In this document: in pieces, positions 39,221 through 50,606 of the stretch
Layout: the number at the start of each line of letters is the position of its first letter
Numbering within the stretch: the first letter of the stretch is position 1
Virus record (IMG/VR): IMGVR_UViG_3300028564_000002
DNA length: 64,000 nt
Reading direction: 5' to 3' (one strand)
Source: an uncultured virus (IMG/VR IMGVR_UViG_3300028564_000002)
Taxonomy: Duplodnaviria > Heunggongvirae > Uroviricota > Caudoviricetes
Notes under the pieces: model-generated
The model's input: only the letters and a program-made list of their open reading frames with translations
Database searches by the model: none
Told to the model about the DNA's origin: nothing
Position numbers and translations under genes: made by a program

Positions 39221-39721
39221 ATGAAAGAGATAAAAGGATATGAAGGCTATGAAATAACAGAAGATGGTCGTGTTTGGAGTAACAAAACGAATCGTTATTT
39301 AAAACTAAGTAAAGATAAAGACGGATATTATAAAGTTACTTTATCTAAAAATGGTAATGAAAAATAGTTTTTTTGTTCATAGATTGGTTGCTGAAGCTTA
39401 TATAAAGAATCCAGAAAATAAAAAACAGTAGACCACATAGATGGTAATATTAATAATAATCACTATACTAATTTATAGTGGGCAACGCATCATGAACAAA
39501 ATGAAAATTATCATTGGAAAAAAGCAAAAACAAAACTAATTGTTTGCGAAGAAACAAATAAAATATATTTTGGAATTACTGAAGCGCATAAGAAACTTGG
39601 TGTAAACATGGGCCATGTGTCAGAGTGTTGCAATGGTAAAAGGAATACGTGTGGCGGTTATCACTGGAGATACGCCACACAAAAAGAAATTGAACAGTAT
39701 CATATTACTAATACGAGGTGA
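39221..39721 (+). pseudogene. NUMOD4/HNH homing endonuclease disrupted by two compensating homopolymer frameshifts
   Basis: MKEIKGYEGYEITEDGRVWS..., then an extra T at 39368-39374 puts VHRLVAEAY out of frame (TGA 39392 and TAA 39419 in the main frame). A missing A near 39420-39425 restores the frame for TVDHIDGNINNNHYTNLQW and a C-terminal ECCNGKRNTCGGYHW. Confidence 0.8.
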
Positions 39722-39725
39722 TACA

Positions 39726-42700
39726 ATGGCAATTTAGAAAAGACCTTATGAGCTTTCTGTGTGGATAGAAAAGCTCAACGGCAATAATTCTAAAATTGAA
39801 GAAAAGGGCGTCATTATTGGCGCCCATGATATGTCATATCTAGGCAGGGCAACTGGTATTGTCCTTAAAAGGGAAGTTAAGGGTACTAATACCCTTACTT
39901 TCCAAATGCCTGACAAATACTTTGATTCTCTCACCGGTGAATATGTGAGAAATGATTTTATAGATATGATGTATCCAGAAGTAAAACTCAAATTGTTTTA
40001 CAAGAATAGATGGTATGAGTTCTTTATAAAGAAAGTTGATGAAAAGAAATAGCTGAAAAGCTACATGAAATCATTTACTTGCTCAGATGCATCTATTGAT
40101 GAACTTTCAAGAAACGGTTACGGTATTACTTACGATACTGAGCTGAATAATAACGTAGAGGAAATCGGTGTATTCACTGAGGAAACTCTTGAAGACAGTA
40201 TATGGCAATATCATCCTGAGAATAACTGGGGCGATTTCACAGAGTTTAAAGAAGAGAAATTATACCGTATTCCAATAAGTTGCTTCGGCGGCTCAATTAA
40301 TGGTTATAAACTTAATTTTGAATTGGAAAATGGACAGAGAGAAGATATAAAGGAAAGAACTGGAACAGACATTGTTACAAACCTATACACTGACGAAATT
40401 CGTCCAGTAGAGTTAAGTGACGATTTGGCAAGAGGTTCATTCTGGGACGAGTATGTGGAAGATGATTCACCACGTAATTCTCTTACAAAGGACTATCATG
40501 TAGATATTCCAAATGACGGTTATATCTATGTTCCTTATTCATGTCTTAGCTTCTGCTATGGAACTCCATACGAGCCTGACTTCTCAGAGACTATCAAATA
40601 TGATAGGGCGGCGACCGAAACAGCTATTGACATAAATAAGAAACTTATTCTTTCGCCGCCGTCCGTAGACCCAAGAGGTATTATTCAATTCTATGCTATA
40701 CCAAGTACTGCTGAACTTGAACTTGACGAAGACGGCGTTATTCTTAACAAAGAATATGTTTACTTTATGACACTTACTGAATGGAATAGAGCAGTACAGT
40801 TAGATAGAGACTGGTGGTATATATTTGAAGATACAAGACTTTGTCAAGCAGAAGTTCTTGGTTCTGCTGATATCGCTGCACCTTCCATAAGCCATACTTT
40901 TAAATATTTAAAAGATGGTCAAGGGCAGATACTTGGAACTGACTATGAGTACCGCGGCAATAAGTGCGTATTCTATGACGGTTATCTTAGCGATGTTAAT
41001 AATAATACTATTGTAAAGGGTAAGAAGTTCTCTATCACAGATAGAACGGAAGTAAACATATCAGAAGACATAGACCAATACACAACTATATATAATTCTC
41101 ATGCCGATGAATTTGTAAACGAATATAGTAGTGAGGATTGGGACTATCGTACTGAAAATAGAACCGCTGAGGGCAAACAGTATCGTGTATGTTCTAAATT
41201 AGAAACACGACAAATCATTCCTCAATTAGCAAGAAACCTTGTTCAAAATGGTAGCGATATGGATTCTATTGATGGTTGGTCACCAATGTCTTATCTTCTT
41301 GAAAACTCTATTTTCATTACTCCAAACGTTGTCTTACGAGGAGTATCAAAACCAGACCAGCAAGACATTAGCACATCATCAATTGTTTACACTCCTGCTG
41401 TTGCAAGGGTAGCATAGATATGTCAAATTAAGCTAAAAGATGGAACTACTCCAAGTGCCACAAATCCTTCTTAGTCTCAGCTTGATGAAATGTATTTCAA
41501 TTACAATAAAACTAATTACTACTGGGGCGGCAGATAGCCAGATATTGAATGGTGTGATATGAAGGACCGTGTTGAGAATTGGATAATCAATCCTCTCCGT
41601 GCATCTGGCGGCGCAATAAATATCTACGCAATTGGTTTGAATTACTACATCATGGATGCTGAACATAACTTCCAATTTTTATTTGAAAAAGGAGACGAGG
41701 TTTATGCAGGAGTAACAAGAAAGCTCCTTAAAATAGAACCAACTACTCAATATTATAATGCTCCTATTGACCCTAATACGGGCGAGGTAAGATATGTTAT
41801 TAATAAAGGAGAGTGGGCTTATCAGTATAACAATGGAAATGTAATTAATGTTATAAACAAAGAAACAGAAGTTAAAACTGGCTACATCTCAGACAACAAC
41901 GGACAGGAAATAGCAAACTTCGGTATTATTGGTTAGAACAAGATAATTGAGAAGGATAAGATTTATTGTCTTGGTATTTCTGCTTGGGCAACAAAAGATT
42001 TCCATATTAAAATTGGTAAGGGTTCATTGATATCTGATGGTGAATATACATTAAATGGTGATGTTCTTGATTTTGGTGTTGGTATAAATTAGGATATTGA
42101 CATTGAGATTTACAACACAATGCCAACCAATTTTTATGAAGAAAAGAAGAACCTTGAAATAGAAACATTGCCAACTTCAAAATTCATTCTCTTTAAAGCA
42201 AAGAAGAGTATAGAAAATCCTTATATTGTTATTTCATCAGAAAATACAATTATACTTTTCAAACTCTACTTATTTGAAGCCTATACAAAAGGCGTGGATG
42301 CTTTTCCAAATATAAACAATAAACTCATTTACCGTTATAGTGGAAGAGACTTGTTCTGGCCGCCTAAGAAGTTGTGGATTGAGGACAAGGGCAACTATGA
42401 AAAAATCACAGAAAGTCTTACAGAACTTACTATGAAAGAAATGATAATCTTTGAAGACGATATTATGCTTGGTTCAACCTACGGCTATGAGCATTACTTT
42501 ATTCAAAGATTAAAAGCAAATTCAAAGGCAGATAATGAATTTATCTATTGTGACACAATGGGCGAAAAGGAATTTATCACTTCAAATCCAAAGTTAATAC
42601 AATAGAATAGTTTGCCGCTCGATGCTGCTAAATACACACTTGACGATTGTGAAATTCAGACAAACTACATTGACCTTAATAAGTGTAAATACTACGACCA

Positions 42701-45700
42701 GATGGCGGCGCTTGACGAACTTGATTGTAAATGCGGAAATGGTCATACCTGCTTCTATCAAAAGTTCGGTTACTGTCCTTTCAGATTTAAAACTGAAAAG
42801 CATGACCGTAGAATTAGAACAATGACAGTAAGCAAATCAAATCGTTTCAACATCATTCAAGAAACAAGTAAGGTATTTGAAGTTTATCCACAATTCTACA
42901 TCGACCACAAGTCTAATGGTGCTGTTGTAAAGGATGAGAATGGAGACTATATTAAGAAAGTTTTCTTCATCACTGAAAAGGGTAGAGAAAATAAAGTTGG
43001 TTTCAGATATGAGAAGAATCTTAAAAACATCAGCCGCAACATAGTAAGTGACCAAATCGTTACTAAATTGTATGTATTAGATGTTGATAGTGAAATTTCT
43101 AAGACAGGACTTTGCTCTATTAAGACAGCGGAAGATAACCCATCAAAGGATAGTTACATTATAGACCTTAGCTATTACATAGAGAAGGGTATGCTTGATG
43201 GAGAAGAAGTTGAACAAGACCTTTATGGTATTACTCCTTCTGATATTCCATTAAAGAATAATTATGATGTTATACCACCTGGTTTCCTTAAACAACTCGG
43301 TTATTACAATACAGAATATGATAAATTATCCAATAAGATAATCAACTTACAAGACAGTTCATTCACAGAACTTGAAGCAAATCTTACTGTTAATTATCAG
43401 GGAATTATCACAGCTCAGGAACAAATCCTGAAAATTAAAAAGCAGATTGATAAATATAAGAATATGTACACAGAGGCTTCTCAATATGAGACATAGCAAG
43501 TATATCTTAACTATCTTGTAAAGCTATCAGAACAACAGTCAATTCTTACTCAGCTTATTTACAATACTTTCTTCACTGATGGCATATGTGATACAGAGGC
43601 ATTTGATTTAACAAAGGGATATGCTGATAGTGTTCCTGCGGCGAACGCAACTGCTATTGAGTTCTTTGATTGTATCAAAGACTTAGAGGAAAGTAAGAAA
43701 TATTGGATTGACCAACACTCTTATACAAAAGGTATCCTTGGTCAATTTAATAGCGAATACTTACAGATTCAATAGTGGAAGAGAGAGCGAGCAAGTTACT
43801 TAAAACTTATCAATCAAATTTCATCTGCTTTCTATAAGAAGTATGAGCCATACTTAAAAGAAGGAACATGGTCAGATAGCAACTACTTAACTGACAATGC
43901 TTACTATTTTGGAGCACTTGATGTTGCGGCAGACGGTGCAGTTCCAAAAGTTACTTATACAATTGATGTTATTGATATCTCACCTTTAAGTGAAGAATAT
44001 GATGATATCTATGATTTTGATTTGGCAGATGTAACTTATGTAGAAGATATTGGTATGTTTGGTATTAATAAACACACTGGACTTCCAAACAGACTTCGCA
44101 CATTGATTTCCAATATCGAGGAAAATCTTGACGACCCATCAAAGAATAAAATCACCGTTCAGAATTACACAACATCATTCCAAGATATATTCCAGTAGGT
44201 CACAGCATCGGTTCAATCACTAACTTATAACGAGAATATCTATAAGCGTTCTTCAAACTTTACTTCCATGTAGGCTATATCAAATGATAGCTTATAGGGC
44301 GCACTTGATACAAATGACTTAACTCTTATCAATACAGAAGAAAACAATATTCAAGTTGATAACACTGGTACAAGTGGTAGTGATATTAACAACCATGCCA
44401 ATAAATATCGTCTTGATGGACAAGGTTTATTCTTCTCAAACGATGGTGGACAGCATTGGAGTGTCGGTGTTGGACCAAGCGGTATTAATGCTGATTATAT
44501 TAAAGTCGGCACACTTGATGCAGGTAAGATAAGAATTGCTGATAGTAGCTATGTTTACTTCTCATGGGATAAGGATGGTATTGTAGCTTATCGTGACCCA
44601 TAGGCAGTCACAACAGACTCAAAGAACCTTAACGATGCGGCTATATTTAATAAGTATGGTTTAAGTATCGTATCTAATGGAAACATTAAGTTAAGAGCAG
44701 GTTATTCATTTAACAACGAGTCTGGCGGCGAAATGACGGGCGAAAGAGACTTGGGAGACGAAATTGGTTTCTACCTTTACAATAACAACGGTGAACCAAT
44801 CTTCTCAACAACTTCTTCTGCGTCTGGTAAGCGTGAGAGTGCTATCATTAAGCTTATTGGTGAAATGATGGTAAGTAATACACTTACGGTTCAGAAGTCT
44901 GGCGGCGATAGTTACAGCAATAAATTAAAACCACTTACTCCCGCTAAGTTCGTTTATTCACCTTATCTGTTTGAAATCCCATCAGCTTGGGTAACAACAG
45001 TTATTGAAACAAATCCAGACACTCATGAAACAATCCATTACTTTGATGGTACATCAATACCAATTAGCAACTCAATGCTTGGGGCTTATTTCATTGGTAA
45101 TGAGAATCTTACAGAAGTAATGATTGAAAGAGAGGGCATGGTAGAGATATATACCAAGACTTCTATAAATGAGACTTCAATAGTATCAACTTATTGTGAC
45201 ACTACAAATGAGTCTATCAGATATAAAATAAACAAGAGACACCAAGTAGCAGTAAATCATCTTGGTGGTAAAACACATTACTACTATGAAATTAGCGATA
45301 TAAACGGAAACAACTCTAAGAAGTATTTCTTCAATAGCGAAGGCACAGAGTATGGACAAACAATGGATATCACCATTTACAATGGAACAGAATCCGTTAC
45401 TCCTGTCACTGGCGCTGCCGCCATAGGCGTAGTTTATAATTGCTATGACTGGGGTAATCCACTTACAGCTAAACAACCATTTAATACCTATACAATTGAC
45501 GGTATTGAATACTTAACAAGAACCTCTGGCGGTGGAGGAACAGTCACACAAGATTCGTCTGTTGGACTTTACCTTAACAATCCAAGTCTTAATGGATAGG
45601 AAGCAACAGGTTCTGGTGTTGAACGTTTATTCCTTTGCTGTGCTCAAAATGGTGATTAGGTTGCGAACTTATTTGCCGTAACCAAAGACGGTTCAGCTTA

Positions 45701-46148
45701 TTTCGGTGGACGCATTGAAAACGAAAACAGTGCTATAAATGTATCTGATAAAATCACAATAGCAAATCCATTAATACGAATTGATAATGATGGTAGCTTA
45801 TCAATTAGTTTCGGTCAAATTAAAGACCCAAACAACGGTAAGAGTTTGAACCAATATATTGCTGACCAAATCAATGATGCAGGTAGCGAAATTCGTCGTG
45901 CTCTTGATAATGAGATTAACAATGTTAATAACAGAATATCATCAGCGATTGGAAGTATTGAGAGTTTCAGAGACCATTAGCATCAATTTAATGTCAGGGG
46001 CGGAACAGCTCATTTCTCTCCATCAGCTGGTGAACCTCCACATGATATTCCTTACAGTCAGCTACGAGTAGTTGTATGCACGGGTGATACAAGTCATTGT
46101 GGAACAGTTCCAATTGGAGAAATATATAGTGTAGGAGGAGTATGCTAA
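39726..46148 (+). CDS. Tail hub/spike (Tal-like) protein (2140 aa)
   Basis: Follows Dit; GTNTLTFQMP, SKSNRFNIIQ..FEVYP, IVTKLYV and GINADYIKVGTLDAGKIRI motifs; C-terminal H-Q-H; all fragments in one frame through TAGs to TAA 46146-46148. Confidence 0.75.
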
Positions 46149-46525
46149 TGATTTATTCAACAGCAGAGATAAAAGATTTATCTACGCTTATTAGTGAGAT
46201 AAAGGAGAAAGTGTTTGATATAAACACACAATATAAGTTTCTTAAAATTGCCAAAGCAATAAAAGAGGAAGAGGAGTTCGTTCATGAGTAGGAACTCCTC
46301 CTACTCAAACAGTATGGCGAGAAAGATGAAAATGGAAAACTTATTACATCACCGGACGGCGGCGTAAGAATACAAAAAGAGTTCTTAAATGAATGTGGGG
46401 CAAAGGTCATGGAGATTCACAATAGACAGATACAACTGCCAGATATCTATTTCAGTCTCGATGAACTTGAACCGCTTGGACTCACTTTTGGATAGCTCGT
46501 GCTACTCGACCCGTTTATAAAATAA
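46148..46525 (+). CDS. Small tail-associated hypothetical protein (125 aa)
   Basis: TAATG overlap with the previous gene; two TAGs; LLKQYGEKDENGKL motif; ends in TAA. Confidence 0.65.
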
Positions 46526-46560
46526 AAAAGAAACCCTTCTCAATTGAGAAGGGTTTTTCA
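46524..46560. terminator. Bidirectional terminator between the convergent virion and replication modules
   Basis: AAAAAAG-AAACCCTTCTC-AATT-GAGAAGGGTTT-TT. Confidence 0.85.
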
Positions 46561-47280
46561 TTAGAATTGAATCATCATATTTTGTTTTCTGTCTGACACT
46601 CCCCATCGTCCTATGAGGATTGCGTCGGCTTCGTCTTCTGTTACCTTTATGTCATATAACTTCTTAACAATAAGCTAAGCACTTTTCTTTTTATCTGTTC
46701 TTGTAGAACCTTTAACTTTACTATGCGCTCTCCAAATTTGAGGAGGAACCATCTTGAATATAAATCCATTCTCATAGCAATAGTTTTGAAGAACACCTTG
46801 TAAATGAGCAAGTATCTTAAAAGTAAGGACCTATTCCTCACCACGCTCATTCTTTTGAAGCTGTATGTCTTCAAAAATTACAAGGTCAGGTTTCCACATT
46901 TGTATCATATTTGCTACCCAGCTTTTGGTTTTCATAATCTTTTCTGTACTGTATATTACACCAGAATCCTATGCTCCATATTTGATTAATTCATCATCAT
47001 CATATACTGACCAACCAGAGATACCGCTTGCTTGGTCAAAAGCTAAGATTCTGAAACCTTTGCTCTTTGGCGCAGAGTCGTTCATCCGATAATATCGATT
47101 ACTCTTACATATTGGGCATTCTTTGTGGCGGCGCCAATAATCAAAAGTCATAAAATTCTCATGTCCACAAGGACACTGAAAATCCATTTGTGTTTTTAAA
47201 TTAGTGTAGGAGTCAGAGAGAAGTTTCCATCCCGCTGCCTCCACCTCTAATTTTACATCATCATATTTAAGTTTTGACAC
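46561..47280 (-). CDS. ruvC: RuvC-like Holliday junction resolvase with N-terminal zinc ribbon (239 aa)
   Basis: ILAFDQASGISGWS, PDLVIFEDIQ, PPQIWR and EDEADAILIG motifs once TAG is read through; N-terminal CPCGH..CPIC. Confidence 0.8.
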
Positions 47281-47285
47281 TTAAA

Positions 47286-48101
47286 TCAGCCCTGGTTAAC
47301 CGCCTTATTTGAAGTGCTGCCAAAACCACCTTCGCCACGTTCTGTAGTTCCGAGCTCCTCAACAGATTTTACAACATTCCATCTTATCATGGGTGTTGGA
47401 GCAATTACAAGCTGAGCAATCTTCATGTTCTTGTCAATAACATAAGGAATGTCATTTGTATTTGTCATGATAATACCAATCTCACCACGATAATCAGCAT
47501 CGATAGTGCCAGGCGCATTGGCGATTCTTAAACCGCTCTTCAAGCTAAGACCGCTACGAGGTCTTACCTGAATTTCATAGCCTGCGGGCACTGCTACTGC
47601 AATACCAGTCTTAACGATTTTTGTTTCGCCAGGTTCAAGTCTTGTTTCCTCAACTGCGAATACGTCAGCACCAGCATCAGTAGGATGAGCATACTCTGGA
47701 ATAGTAGCATCCTTACTCAGCTTAACAATCTTGACATCAACAGAAGTTCTGTTACTTTTGATGAGGTCTTCATGTGTATCTGTAATACTTGAAAAGAGTA
47801 ATGAGAAAAACTCTTTCTTATTATCAGAGAGGTCTGGCTCTTCCATAATCTCATCAAGCATTTCCTTGTAAAACTCTTTTTCTGCCTTTATCTGGTCAAC
47901 TGATACATCTGGAACTGAAAGTAAAGCTTCTCTCTGTTCGTTTTGAAATTTCTCTGAACGTATCATGTTCTTGAAGCTATTCTTGAACATCGGCCACATA
48001 GCGTCAAACTCTTCATCCTTCATCTCCACAAAAGCCATAAACTGACCAAGTGAATCCTTATCCACTGATGAGTTTAATAAGTTCATAAAATCATTATTCA
48101 T
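47286..48101 (-). CDS. dut: Trimeric dUTPase with a roughly 125-aa N-terminal extension
   Basis: Motifs AGADV, RPRSGLS, GTIDADYRGEIG, KIAQLV, RGEGGFGST. Confidence 0.92.
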   Translation of the reverse strand: MNNDFMNLLNSSVDKDSLGQFMAFVEMKDEEFDAMWPMFKNSFKNMIRSEKFQNEQREALLSVPDVSVDQIKAEKEFYKEMLDEIMEEPDLSDNKKEFFSLLFSSITDTHEDLIKSNRTSVDVKIVKLSKDATIPEYAHPTDAGADVFAVEETRLEPGETKIVKTGIAVAVPAGYEIQVRPRSGLSLKSGLRIANAPGTIDADYRGEIGIIMTNTNDIPYVIDKNMKIAQLVIAPTPMIRWNVVKSVEELGTTERGEGGFGSTSNKAVNQG

Positions 48102-48846
48102 CGTCGTATATACCTCCATTTACATCTTTACTCATTTCATCAATAACACCAATTTCAAGTGCCTTTTCGGCGCCGAAATACCAATCATCCTTTGCGTGCT
48201 GTTCATAAGTTGATTTGCTAATTTTAGTAAAGGAAAGAACAAGTTCCTTAATCTGTTTAAGCTGATACTTCTTATAGAACTCTGCTTGCTGACTTATTTT
48301 ATGAGCATCGCCTTCCATTATAGCAGAACCTTCATGGAAAAGGAAAGTAGCATTTGGAAATGCCATTCTCTTATCTGCGGCTATTGCAATGAAGAATCCG
48401 CCGCTGTAAGCCTTACCCGTAACTACTGTGTAAATAGGAGTCTTAGACATTCTTATCACATCAGTGATAAGTAATGAAGTTGTAAGACAGCCGCCGGGAC
48501 AGTCAATATAAATCTGAATTGGTATTCTTTCATCGATTGGAGTTCCATTGAACTCGTCTTCTGCGTTCCAAAACTGAATAGTTTCAAGGAACTGTCTACC
48601 AATAGATGGTTCAATTTCACAGTTCAAATATAACTTTCTTTCAACGAAATGATATTGAGTGAGAACTGCGATTGGGTCGAACTGTGCTTCTGGGTCTGCG
48701 AATAAATCAAGGAACTAACATTCGTCCTCTCCTTCCATTTCTGTAAGGTCGTTATATGCTCCTTCCAGCTCCTTCATAAATTCATCCTTTGGCTTTAACT
48801 TACCGTTTTCATCATAGATGTTAATGTTAATCGGCTGTTTGCTCAT
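48094..48846 (-). CDS. clpP: ClpP-like protease (250 aa)
   Basis: IQIYIDCPGG, GKAYSGG, FLFHEG, DWYFGAEKALEIGVIDE; extends upstream through one TAG to ATG 48846. Confidence 0.85.
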
Positions 48847-49018
48847 TCTCCTTTTCCTCCTTAGCGTCTATTGCTGTTTTTATTTCTTTTATTGATTTTG
48901 TCAATTCAAAAATTTTTGGATTGAGAACAAAAGTATCAACAGAAATAGATTTTAATTCCTCTTCTGCTTTGTTCAATTCAAATTTCAAATCATCAAGAGT
49001 GAAATCCATAAAGTCCAT
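48827..49018 (-). CDS. Hypothetical protein (63 aa)
   Basis: AGGAGG RBS and its own promoter upstream. Confidence 0.6.
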   Translation of the reverse strand: MDFMDFTLDDLKFELNKAEEELKSISVDTFVLNPKIFELTKSIKEIKTAIDAKEEKENEQTAD

Positions 49019-49040
49019 TTTTCTCCCTCCTTATGTATAT

Positions 49041-49069
49041 ATTATAACATAATTTATAATAAAAGTCAA
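49041..49069 (-). promoter_or_regulatory. Sigma-A-type promoter
   Basis: TTGACT-N17-TATAAT with extended -10 TG. Confidence 0.8.
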
Positions 49070-49980
49070 TAACTCAACACTAATTCTTCAAAGGAAATTG
49101 TCTTTGGATTCTGTTTGAGTAAGAGTCTTTTTGGAAAAGTAATGTAGTTAGATTCGTTAAAGGAGTCACCCTTAAATTCCTTGAAGCTGATTTGACCTTT
49201 CGTTGCCCATGATAATAAATCTTTTTGGAGTTGTGTTTCTCCTTGTTTATAAAAATGTATAGGTTTATCGGTCAATGTTTTGGCGGCGAGAATGAAGGTA
49301 CATAAACGCTCTTCTGAAACATTAGTGTTATCAAAACGATAACAGCTTTTGCCTGCGAATGTTTCAATCATTTCTTTATCAAGGTCAAATGGAATCATTA
49401 TTCTTGACTGATAAATATTTGTTGCCAACTGCTCGAACTCTTTTGCGTCTTCTTTTGAGTTACATTTTACAGTATGTAAGAAGCGTATCTTATTGTCGAA
49501 ATGCTAAAACATTTCTCTCCAATCGTCCTCTAAGGTAAAATCTCTGTCATTTATATAAGTAAAATGAGCGTCAGCTTTTGATAAGGAGAAATCTTTCGTT
49601 CTCCAATCTATTAAGCTATTTTTCTTTACCGAGCCATAGAGCACCTTGTCTCTTATCTTATCCTTAAATAAGTCATAAGGTAAGAATGACGGCTCATAAC
49701 TATTAGTCTTTTCATTAATACCTGTTTCTCCAAAGAAGGCTCTTCCACAGAACACTCCTTTATTTTGGTCAATTACTAACTTTTTAGGAATTGGTAATGC
49801 GATACTATCTTTAAAGTAAAATATCTTATTATAACGTCCTGTTTTTTCATAAGGTTTCATCATTATTACTTGATGACCCTCATCCATTAATCTTGCATAT
49901 GCTTTCATTAAGGGCAGGCTTAATGTAAAGCCTGACCCATGATGAAAATCGATATCGTATAGTCCTATGGTAGCGATAAT
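49066..49980 (-). CDS. Hypothetical protein whose N-terminus resembles phage IGLxDxD..LxLMK proteins; apparent non-ATG start
   Basis: ORFs 49504..49908 and 49066..49428 are joined by a TAG; the frame extends upstream as IIATIGLYDIDFHHGSGFTLSLPLMKAY with GGAGG just before ATT/ATC. Confidence 0.6.
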
Positions 49981-50277
49981 TATCCCTCCATTTTATTCAA
50001 TAAATTATATAAGTACTGTTTATCAATTTTATTATAGTCTTGATATGGTATATAATATAGAGGAATTTTATGTAATAAACAGTAGTCCTTTTTTAATTTA
50101 TCATATTTAATACGTTTTTTAAATTTTTCTTCTCCGCCCCAAAAAGATATTGGCATTTGATGTTCATGTCCCTAACATTCAATTAAACAATATAAAGTAT
50201 TATTTTTAAATATTGCAAAATCAAATCGCAAGGGTTTAGAATCACCAACTAAATGCTTGTTGTTTTGTATATGTCAT
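49980..50277 (-). pseudogene. C-terminal remnant of a Vsr-like/DUF559 homing endonuclease
   Basis: MTYTKQQAF, a frameshift, then LVGDSKPLRFDFAIFKNNTLYCLIECQGHEH..WGGEEKF..YCLLHKIPLYYIPY. Confidence 0.75.
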
Positions 50278-50297
50278 GCTTTATCACCTAAAAATTT

Positions 50298-50488
50298 AAA
50301 AGAGAGAAACTTCGCACTTGCAACCGTTTCTCCCTTTAGTGTCTGATTTTTCTGTTGTCCGCCAACGAATGCCGCCCATAAACGACTTGTCTCAGGTTTT
50401 TCTGTTGCCTGCCAACTAATGTTGCTCTTAAAACAACTTTCGTTCGGATTGACGTCGTGTCAGACCACGTTGACAACTTCTGTTGTCA
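50298..50488 (-). ncRNA. Candidate structured small RNA (about 190 nt) with two 50-nt imperfect repeats
   Basis: Own promoter (50494-50523) and terminator (50298-50335); GC-richer than its flanks; no ORF beyond 9 codons; repeats at 50347-50388 and 50397-50439 with compensatory changes. Confidence 0.7.
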
Positions 50489-50493
50489 TTATT

Positions 50494-50523
50494 ATTATAC
50501 ACCCTGAGAGGGCATTTTGTCAA
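50494..50523 (-). promoter_or_regulatory. Consensus sigma-A-type promoter of the candidate sRNA
   Basis: TTGACA-N18-TATAAT with an A/T-rich upstream tract. Confidence 0.75.
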
Positions 50524-50606
50524 TAGAATTTTTGAAAAATACAGAGAATTTTATATAATTTCTTTTAGCTGTTCAATAGACAAAGTTTCATATTTTTTCA
50601 TATAAA

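Noticed and set aside
39726..46148. Diversity-generating retroelement target
   Set aside because: No reverse transcriptase and no template/variable repeat pair with adenine-specific differences were seen.
615..46525. Mass pseudogenisation of a decayed prophage
   Set aside because: Interruptions are almost exclusively in-frame TAG at Gln-equivalent positions, without frameshifts; recoding explains them.
50347..50439. Mini CRISPR array
   Set aside because: Only two diverged units with about 8 nt between them; no spacer-length unique sequence and no cas genes in the window.
50298..50488. Suppressor tRNA or tRNA-linked HDV-like ribozyme
   Set aside because: No cloverleaf with a TTC T-loop or CTA anticodon loop, and I could not fit an HDV-like nested pseudoknot by eye.
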